Positions 1-4,472 of a stretch of DNA of 5,432 bases are shown piece after piece. Numbering within the stretch: position 1 is the first letter of the stretch; the number at the start of each line of letters is the position of its first letter. The DNA comes from a virus. The position numbers and the translations under genes are program-made. The stretch is from positions 1 to 5,432 of IMG/VR virus record IMGVR_UViG_3300029561_000108; one strand, written 5' to 3'. The notes below the pieces were generated by a model, which saw only the letters and a program-made list of their open reading frames with translations, ran no database searches and was not told where the DNA came from.

Positions 1-96
1 TACCTGCATCAGTGACGCGAGACGGGGCAAGGTAGAGCGGAAAAGCTCACAACCATAACCAGACACTTGTAAAGAGTGCGGAGACTGTTTCGCGCC
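1..96. repeat. Terminal redundancy, copy A (identical to 5337-5432); circularisation overlap of a 5,336-bp circular genome
   Basis: Bases 1-96 (tacctgcatcagtgacgcgag...ctgtttcgcgcc) recur base-for-base at 5337-5432 and run to the last base of the window. An ORF reads through the implied junction. Confidence 0.97.
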
Positions 97-273
97 GTTG
101 TTGGGCTTATAGAAAAGTCCCGCAGGGGAATTGTAGGGGGAATTCTCACTTGCGTTAGAAGTCTGCGCAAAATGCAAGTCACACTGAGCAAGCGCATCTT
201 CAATTTTGGGGATAGAAATTGAACCATGCTCAAAAGCAAACGTGGCATAATCAAGTTTAACAACCGTTTTCAT
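1..273 (-). CDS. Rolling-circle replication initiator (Rep_trans-like), N-terminal segment; same gene as 4473-5432, joined across the circular junction
   Basis: The minus-strand frame is open from 309 down through base 1. It continues in frame into 5336->4473 once the redundancy is collapsed, giving 378 aa from ATG 273 or 387 aa from ATG 300. ATG 273 has GAAAGGTGG 10 nt upstream, matching the SD style of the other genes here. The N-terminus reads MKTVVKLDYATFAFEHG. Confidence 0.8.
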   Translation of the reverse strand, partial: MKTVVKLDYATFAFEHGSISIPKIEDALAQCDLHFAQTSNASENSPYNSPAGLFYKPNNGAKQSPHSLQVSGYGCELFRSTLPRLASLMQV

Positions 274-306
274 GTGAGAAAAACCACCTTTCATTTCCAT
301 GGTTAA

Positions 307-335
307 ATGTTAACACAATATGAAAGAGCTGTCAA
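307..335 (-). promoter_or_regulatory. Putative promoter for the rep operon (minus strand)
   Basis: The minus strand reads TTGACA (330-335), a 17-nt spacer, then TGtTAACAT (extended -10, hexamer at 307-312). The predicted start lies near 300, just upstream of the rep start codons. Confidence 0.55.
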
Positions 336-351
336 GAGGAAATTTCAAAAA

Positions 352-378
352 GGTGGGCGTATTACACGCACGCCCACC
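352..378. promoter_or_regulatory. Hairpin 1 of the GC-rich intergenic island (putative origin or packaging-signal element)
   Basis: GGTGGGCGT (352-360) and ACGCCCACC (370-378) form a perfect 9-bp stem with a 9-nt loop. The location is non-coding. Confidence 0.6.
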
Positions 379-439
379 GGCTCCCGCCGTCACGGCAGTC
401 TCTACGTATCGGAACCCCCTGCCAGTCTGTTTTGGAAGG

Positions 440-458
440 GCAAGGGCTTTGCCCTTGC
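440..458. promoter_or_regulatory. Hairpin 2 of the GC-rich intergenic island
   Basis: GCAAGGGC (440-447), TTT, GCCCTTGC (451-458) form a perfect 8-bp stem with a 3-nt loop. Confidence 0.6.
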
Positions 459-519
459 GGGGACGGGGGACGCGGTGGAGACGCTATCGCGTGACTAAAC
501 GTAGCAACTGCCTGCGAAA

Positions 520-533
520 TTTCTCCGGAGAAA
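520..533. promoter_or_regulatory. Perfect 14-bp palindrome TTTCTCCGGAGAAA (operator or Rep-site candidate)
   Basis: It is self-complementary over all 14 nt. It sits immediately upstream of the phased repeats and overlaps the 8-bp palindrome GAAATTTC (516-523), which also occurs at 339-346. Confidence 0.55.
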
Positions 534-581
534 AATAGAATTTCCTATTGACAAATAGAAGTTCCTATGCTACAATAGAAG
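534..581. repeat. Phased operator-like direct repeats: AATAGAAnTTCCTAT x2 plus a third AATAGAAG half-copy, period 20 bp
   Basis: AATAGAATTTCCTAT is at 534-548, AATAGAAGTTCCTAT at 554-568 and AATAGAAG at 574-581. Each full copy is an imperfect palindrome (ATAGAA / TTCCTAT). The array covers the -35, spacer and -10 of the plus-strand promoter. Confidence 0.8.
548..576 (+). promoter_or_regulatory. Near-consensus sigma70/sigmaA-type promoter for the 78-aa ORF
   Basis: TTGACA (548-553), a 17-nt spacer, then TGcTACAAT (extended -10, hexamer at 571-576). It is followed by SD AAGGAG (592-597) and ATG 606. Confidence 0.7.
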
Positions 582-605
582 CATAAAAGGAAAGGAGTTA
601 AGCCC

Positions 606-842
606 ATGAAAGTTAAATCAAAATTCCTCGAAAAGGTCTTTACGGAAAGAATCGTCTACACAAAAAACTATCAATACAGAGCAGTCAAGTACACCGCAGT
701 CAACGAAAAAGAAGAGTTTTACGACTTTTTTATCATCATGCGTATTGACATTAACGACGTTGATACAACGAGATATCTTGATGATATTTTCTGGGAGTTC
801 ATCGCACAGACAACAGACGGAAAAACATTCACGAGATTTTAA
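606..842 (+). CDS. Hypothetical 78-aa protein, divergently transcribed (positionally equivalent to inovirus regulators; no recognisable HTH)
   Basis: It has AAGGAG 8 nt upstream of the ATG, a dedicated consensus promoter and a strong terminator directly after the stop. It is the only plausible plus-strand gene. Confidence 0.75.
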   Translation: MKVKSKFLEKVFTERIVYTKNYQYRAVKYTAVNEKEEFYDFFIIMRIDINDVDTTRYLDDIFWEFIAQTTDGKTFTRF

Positions 843-852
843 AATAAAAAAA

Positions 853-894
853 CCTCCCCGACCATAACAGGCACGGGGAGGATTTTTTTTTTTT
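853..894. terminator. Bidirectional rho-independent terminator shared by the convergent 78-aa ORF and zot-like gene
   Basis: CCTCCCCG (853-860) pairs with CGGGGAGG (874-881) around a 13-nt loop. A 12-T run (883-894) follows on the plus strand. An A-rich tract (841-852) gives a U-tract on the minus strand. Confidence 0.85.
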
Positions 895-926
895 CAGCGG
901 CTATCGCCGCAACAAAACGAAGAGAA

Positions 927-1541
927 TTAACGCTTAGTGATAACCTGCTCTGTATCGTATTCTAATGCACTTACCTGCTTCACGGATTTGGGGATGGTAT
1001 ACCATCTTGCCCGCCCCGCCTTGCGTACCGTGTTGACCAGTTCTTGACCTCCCTCGGGGCGATGTTCCATAGCAATACATGAGCGATACGGAGTAAGGCG
1101 GCAGAACCAGCCAATGCGGTTGCAAAGGTAAATGCGATCACAAAGGTCACGTATCTTTTTATCAAAGTCCATGGTCTGAGACGATACAATAATCGTCAAA
1201 TGATATTTGCGCTGCATCTTGAAAAACTCGACAGCTTCACGGGGCATAGTTTTAAAATCACGATTAGAGTGCAGCACGCCAATTTCGTCAATGAGAATAA
1301 GGGAATCAGGAATAAAGGTCTGTTTCCAGTATTCCGGCTCTAACTCGTAACCAATACCCATATTGCTATAGATAAGCCCCTTATTAGCACGAAGCCACTT
1401 ATCAGCAACACGAGACATATACAGAGACTTCCCAGAACCTTTTGAACCAACAACAGCTTCAAGTCTGTAGGGGTTTTTGCAATAGTTATCGATATAAACA
1501 AAAAGCCAGCAAACGCAAAAGATAAGAATACCATAAAGCAT
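927..1541 (-). CDS. zot: Zot / pI-family filamentous-phage assembly ATPase (204 aa) with an N-terminal hydrophobic segment
   Basis: It has Walker A GSKGSGKS, Walker B LILIDEIG and the Zot-like block FFKMQRKYHLTIIVSSQTMDFDKKIRDL. GAAAGGA lies 8 nt upstream of the ATG. The N-terminus MLYGILIFCVCWLFVYI is hydrophobic. Confidence 0.9.
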   Translation of the reverse strand: MLYGILIFCVCWLFVYIDNYCKNPYRLEAVVGSKGSGKSLYMSRVADKWLRANKGLIYSNMGIGYELEPEYWKQTFIPDSLILIDEIGVLHSNRDFKTMPREAVEFFKMQRKYHLTIIVSSQTMDFDKKIRDLCDRIYLCNRIGWFCRLTPYRSCIAMEHRPEGGQELVNTVRKAGRARWYTIPKSVKQVSALEYDTEQVITKR

Positions 1542-1561
1542 AAATATAATCCTTTCTAAAC

Positions 1562-1605
1562 GAGAAAACGTCGCCGACCATAAAAATGGTCGGCGGCGTT
1601 TTCTC
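1562..1605. terminator. Long hairpin between the coat candidate and zot; probable attenuating terminator
   Basis: GAGAAAACGTCGCCGACCAT / AAAA / ATGGTCGGCGGCGTTTTCTC forms a 20-bp stem. The one non-Watson-Crick pair is T-G in plus sense and A-C in minus sense. In minus sense the stem is followed by a short U-tract (UUUUCUCGUUU). The position mirrors the terminator after gene VIII in Ff phages. Confidence 0.6.
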
Positions 1606-1612
1606 TCAATCG

Positions 1613-1741
1613 TTAGGAACGACCGGGAATCCAGCGGCGGAGGATACGGAGTACGATGCCCGCAATAGTGAGAATCACGAAGACAAGAAGAATGGGCTGA
1701 GATTCATAGAAATCAATGAGCTGACCCATCCAAGTGATCAT
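1613..1741 (-). CDS. Major coat protein candidate, 42 aa, Pf3-like (no leader); start uncertain
   Basis: Hand translation gives MITWMGQLIDFYESQPILLVFVILTIAGIVLRILRRWIPGRS. It has an acidic N-terminal part, a hydrophobic core of about 19 aa and a basic C-terminus with 4 Arg. A terminator hairpin follows. The frame stays open for 22 more codons upstream without an ATG. Confidence 0.55.
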   Translation of the reverse strand: MITWMGQLIDFYESQPILLVFVILTIAGIVLRILRRWIPGRS

Positions 1742-1841
1742 CGAGGTGAAGAACTCACCGACCAAAGAAAGCAGCGTGGCAAGAATAGAAGCAGAAGCGC
1801 CCTGAAGTCATCATCCTTTCATAAAATATTTATGGCACCTG

Positions 1842-1955
1842 TCACGGACGGAGCAGGAGAACCAACATAGAGAAAACAGCAGCGAAGATAATGAAATAGC
1901 CAATTTCGGGGACAGAAAAGATACCGAAACAGTACTGTAAAGGAAGAATTTCCAT
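1842..1955 (-). CDS. Small hydrophobic protein, 37 aa (pVII/pIX-like minor coat candidate)
   Basis: Hand translation gives MEILPLQYCFGIFSVPEIGYFIIFAAVFSMLVLLLRP. Its ATG overlaps the TGA of the upstream 204-aa ORF (TGATG coupling). Confidence 0.5.
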   Translation of the reverse strand: MEILPLQYCFGIFSVPEIGYFIIFAAVFSMLVLLLRP

Positions 1956-2569
1956 CAGCTCATGCGCCCCCAAATCGCGTTTTTAATCCAAGTAACAGTA
2001 GTAATAAAGACAAGGACAACAAGCAAAGCAGAAACGAGAGCCTGCGGGTTGAGGACCTGAGATGTAGTAGTGGAATCCTCCTCATAAGGAAGCTGAATAA
2101 GTTGAGTTGAACTGTTATAGGAATACCTTTCGGACGTATAACCGGACTTGTGCACCGTCTCAGTGCGTTCGATGAAAAACGTATCTCCGAACCAATCCAT
2201 AATAGCAGTGAAACTATTAGAGACAGCAGGGAGATTAGCATACAAAGCCGGAGTATCTGCGGCGCGGTCATCATAAGCGGTAAAACTCCCTTCAAAAGGC
2301 AATTCAACTTCCTCTGGTACATAGCCGTCGCGGAGGTCTGGAGATTCAGTGATATTCTGCGCGGGTTGCTCAGGAGCAGGAGAAGCTTCCGAGGGGGATT
2401 CAGCAGCGGCTTTAGCGTCCATATCAGCGACAGCCTGCGCGGATGCCTTGAGATAATCATACTGCTGCACGGTCATATCACAAGTACTACCATCTTTATA
2501 CTGCACTGTGTAGACGGTAACGCCGTCAGAATCAACCCAAGTTTTGATAATAGCAGGAACTTCCATCAT
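1955..2569 (-). CDS. Hypothetical 204-aa tail-anchored protein (no signal peptide, A/P/E/S-rich linker, C-terminal TM)
   Basis: It is a long ORF in operon orientation. Its start overlaps the upstream stop (TAATG). The C-terminus ALVSALLVVLVFITTVTWIKNAIWGRMS is a TM segment followed by basic residues. Confidence 0.85.
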   Translation of the reverse strand: MMEVPAIIKTWVDSDGVTVYTVQYKDGSTCDMTVQQYDYLKASAQAVADMDAKAAAESPSEASPAPEQPAQNITESPDLRDGYVPEEVELPFEGSFTAYDDRAADTPALYANLPAVSNSFTAIMDWFGDTFFIERTETVHKSGYTSERYSYNSSTQLIQLPYEEDSTTTSQVLNPQALVSALLVVLVFITTVTWIKNAIWGRMS

Positions 2570-2733
2570 TAATCACCCTCATTCCAAAGACTACGGAGAA
2601 CGAAACCAACAAGAGTAAGCAAAAAGAGTATAAGGACTAAGCCGCCATAAGTACCCAAGTGAAAAAACGGCATATTAAGTACTTTATAGACAAACGAAGT
2701 AACTACACCGAGAGTTGCAACAAAGTCTACCAT
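2569..2733 (-). CDS. Small membrane protein, 54 aa, two hydrophobic segments (pVI-like candidate)
   Basis: Hand translation gives MVDFVATLGVVTSFVYKVLNMPFFHLGTYGGLVLILFLLTLVGFVLRSLWNEGD. Its start overlaps the upstream stop (ATGGTAG) and its stop overlaps the downstream start. Confidence 0.5.
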   Translation of the reverse strand: MVDFVATLGVVTSFVYKVLNMPFFHLGTYGGLVLILFLLTLVGFVLRSLWNEGD

Positions 2734-2858
2734 GGCAACAAATCCTTTACAAATTTATATATCCCGAGACCAACGAGAAAAACGACAACAGTGATAACGA
2801 GTGTGCCACCGGAACCAAAAAGCCCGAAAACGGACTTAAAAAAGTCAATAAAACTCAT
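2727..2858 (-). CDS. Small hydrophobic protein, 43 aa (minor coat candidate)
   Basis: Hand translation gives MSFIDFFKSVFGLFGSGGTLVITVVVFLVGLGIYKFVKDLLPW. It has an ATGA overlap with the stop of the 390-aa ORF. Confidence 0.5.
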   Translation of the reverse strand: MSFIDFFKSVFGLFGSGGTLVITVVVFLVGLGIYKFVKDLLPW

Positions 2859-4027
2859 CCGTCAACCGCCTTTCTAATGAGCATTCGGAGAAAAACAGCA
2901 CCGAAGCAAAGGAGAGAAACAGAAAAAAGAAACGTGCCTAAATTCTGAAAAAGACCGCGAAGAAGAGAAGAAGCGCCCGCAGCAATAGAAGAATCGACGG
3001 AAGAAGAATTGTTCAACGAATTCAACACATCCTTAGAATCTTTCAGGGTATCAGAATCTATGTCAAATTCATCAGTAATAACTTTCTGCAAATCCTCTGG
3101 AGAATCGGAAAGCCAGGCACCAAGCTTAACGTCAGGCAAAAGAGAAGCAGGAACAAGGAGAGAAAAAGCGAAAGAAGCGGTAGTATCAAAGGCAGAAGCA
3201 GAATAAACAGGGGAGGAAGAAGGCTTTTGCACAAAAACAAAACCAATGTCAGAAGATGGAATAGTATATCCGGACGGATAAGGGACAAAAGAATGAGTTC
3301 CCAGAAGATAACGATTAGAATTGAGATTTATTTGCATCAAACTAGAATAAGCATTAGGAGGAACAATAAACGAAGAATCACCACCCTGCAAAACATAGCC
3401 ACTTGCGGAAGAAGAAGTAGATTCACGGAATGCAAAAGGATATGAATAAAAGGGGGAAGAAAAAGTGAAAGAATCTAAAGTATCAGTAGAAGAGCCAGAA
3501 GAAGAACCGGCAGTATTACCGAAAGAAAGAATACGGTCTGAACGGCTAAAAGAAGAAGTTAAAAAACCATAAGTTCCAGAGGGTTGAGAAGAAGTAGAAT
3601 AAACGCGGACAACAGAAGTTTGAGGGGAAAAGCCAAAACCAACAGGGAAAGAGGGAAGTTCAGACCAAAGACCAGAAGCACCGCGAAGAGGATAAGGAAA
3701 AGCGCAAGCATAATCATAAGCTAAGCCAGAATCGTTAGCTAAATAAGAAACATCAAACGCATCCGTAGAATAAGAAATAGAATACGGCAATGTATAAGAA
3801 GAACCAGAAACAGAAATAGGAGAGCAAAGAAGCTCAAAACAATCTATGCCGTGAGAAACAAGCTTACGCCAAACAAACCATGACCCATGATGACTATAGA
3901 AATCATCCAAAGATGGCATAACCATTTCCGTGTCAGAAGCAAAACAAGGAGTACACAAAGAAAGAGAAACCATCAGAGACGCGAAAAGGGCGACGAAGCG
4001 CTTAAATAAGTGCAGGTAATTTTTCAT
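2855..4027 (-). CDS. Ser-rich secreted protein with a C-terminal membrane anchor; pIII-like adsorption/minor coat candidate (390 aa from ATG 4027; GTG 4030 alternative)
   Basis: The N-terminal signal-like sequence is MKNYLHLFKRFVALFASLMVSLSLCTPCFA/SD. The C-terminus LGTFLFSVSLLCFGAVFLRMLIRKAVDG is a TM segment plus basic tail, as in pIII. GAAAGGTGGTGG lies 7 nt upstream of ATG 4027. This is the largest structural ORF. Confidence 0.85.
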   Translation of the reverse strand: MKNYLHLFKRFVALFASLMVSLSLCTPCFASDTEMVMPSLDDFYSHHGSWFVWRKLVSHGIDCFELLCSPISVSGSSYTLPYSISYSTDAFDVSYLANDSGLAYDYACAFPYPLRGASGLWSELPSFPVGFGFSPQTSVVRVYSTSSQPSGTYGFLTSSFSRSDRILSFGNTAGSSSGSSTDTLDSFTFSSPFYSYPFAFRESTSSSASGYVLQGGDSSFIVPPNAYSSLMQINLNSNRYLLGTHSFVPYPSGYTIPSSDIGFVFVQKPSSSPVYSASAFDTTASFAFSLLVPASLLPDVKLGAWLSDSPEDLQKVITDEFDIDSDTLKDSKDVLNSLNNSSSVDSSIAAGASSLLRGLFQNLGTFLFSVSLLCFGAVFLRMLIRKAVDG

Positions 4028-4077
4028 CACTTCGCCACCACCTTTCGAGACATCAAATAACGGAGGTCAATCCGCAA

Positions 4078-4151
4078 TGGTTGCGGGGTTAGGATTCGAA
4101 CCTACAGCTTCACGTTCAGAGCGTGACGTGCTACCATTGCACCACCCCGCC
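4078..4151 (-). tRNA. trnQ: tRNA-Gln, anticodon CUG, 74 nt, CCA encoded
   Basis: The reverse complement is GGCGGGG TG GTGC AATGGTA GCAC G TCACG CTCTGAA CGTGA AGCT GTAGG TTCGAAT CCTAA CCCCGCA A CCA. The acceptor stem has 6 bp plus G1xA72. The D stem is 4 bp with G18 G19. The anticodon stem is a perfect 5 bp with U33-CUG-A37. The T loop is TTCGAAT on a 4-bp stem plus G49xA65. Confidence 0.85.
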
Positions 4152-4155
4152 ATGT

Positions 4156-4175
4156 GAGAGCGGCGAACCGCTCTC
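4156..4175 (-). promoter_or_regulatory. Stable hairpin with a UUCG tetraloop, 4 nt upstream of the tRNA 5' end
   Basis: The minus-sense sequence GAGAGCGG-UUCG-CCGCUCUC forms a perfect 8-bp stem. No U-tract follows (ACAU, then the tRNA). Confidence 0.6.
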
Positions 4176-4211
4176 CCATAGGAAATGAAAATTAGGTTTG
4201 AACAAAGAAAG

Positions 4212-4454
4212 TTAGACTTCCTCAATTCCGAGAAGATATCCGTTGCGGTCAAAGTCGAGGTCATACGCAGCGCCAACGACAATGAGCGCATACGGCATCA
4301 TGCGAGCATCGACATTGATTCTATCAACCTGCACACCGTCATTGTCATCGTTTGCACGCATAGAATATTCGGCCATAAGAGTGGTAAAATCATAGTCTTT
4401 GCCCTGCTTGGAAGTGCCAGCGCGGCGGGACTTACCAACTACGGTAACTTTCAT
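4212..4454 (-). CDS. ssDNA-binding protein, gene V (G5P)-like, 80 aa
   Basis: It is directly downstream of rep, as in Ff phages, and of similar size (80 vs 87 aa). MKVTVVGKSRRAGTSKQGKDYDF resembles the M13 gVp stretch IKVEIKPSQAQFTTRSGVSRQGKPYSL. AAAGGATGG lies 7 nt upstream of the ATG. Confidence 0.7.
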   Translation of the reverse strand: MKVTVVGKSRRAGTSKQGKDYDFTTLMAEYSMRANDDNDGVQVDRINVDARMMPYALIVVGAAYDLDFDRNGYLLGIEEV

Positions 4455-4472
4455 AGAGTGACCATCCTTTCA

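Noticed and set aside
1-96. Terminal repeats as transposon ends, LTRs or phage DTRs
   Set aside because: They are direct and exact, they sit at the extreme contig ends, and they lie inside a coding sequence that is restored by circularisation. That is the signature of an assembler overlap on a circular molecule.
9-263. Minus-strand 84-aa ORF
   Set aside because: It is out of frame inside the N-terminal part of rep. The rep frame is the one that continues across the circular junction and carries the family motifs.
438-469. G-quadruplex motif (GGG-caa-GGG-N12-GGGG-ac-GGGGG) on the plus strand
   Set aside because: It needs a 12-nt loop, and two of the G-runs are already committed to the perfect 440-458 hairpin. 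The likely packaged strand carries the C-rich complement.
307-538. Plus-strand ORFs of 63 and 72 aa (307-498, 320-538)
   Set aside because: They lie in the GC-rich hairpin island between two divergent promoters. They have no SD, and their products are Arg/Gly/Pro-rich low-information sequences typical of random frames in GC-rich DNA. They overlap each other in different frames.
858-1583. Shared 10-mer CCGACCATAA in both terminator hairpins (858-867 and 1574-1583)
   Set aside because: About a dozen repeated 10-mers are expected by chance in 5.3 kb, and there is no extended similarity around it.
1808-1822. TGA recoding (genetic code 4/25), suggested by in-frame ATG-AAA-GGA-TGA-TGA ahead of the coat frame
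   Set aside because: TGA terminates rep (tandem TGA TGA), the 390-aa ORF, the 204-aa ORF and the 37-aa ORF, each with a coupled downstream start. The encoded tRNA has anticodon CUG, not UCA.
934-3288. Alternative-frame minus-strand ORFs (934-1125, 980-1189, 1340-1534, 1960-2460, 3058-3288) nested in zot, the 204-aa ORF and the 390-aa ORF
   Set aside because: They are fully nested in longer ORFs with clear motifs or topology signals. Their Leu/Ser/Pro-rich products reflect pyrimidine-rich low-complexity coding sequence.
3940-4027. Lipoprotein lipobox in the 390-aa protein signal peptide (LSLC)
   Set aside because: Leu at position -1 does not fit the L-[AS]-[GA]-C consensus. A type I cleavage after CFA is more plausible.
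4078-4151. Suppressor tRNA or stop-codon reassignment (TAG to Gln, as in some gut phages)
   Set aside because: The anticodon loop reads CU-CUG-AA, a sense Gln anticodon. TAG is used as a stop for the 43-aa ORF.
4067-4291. Minus-strand 74-aa ORF
   Set aside because: It runs through the tRNA gene, the upstream hairpin and the 3' end of the ssb gene. The tRNA cloverleaf explains the region far better.
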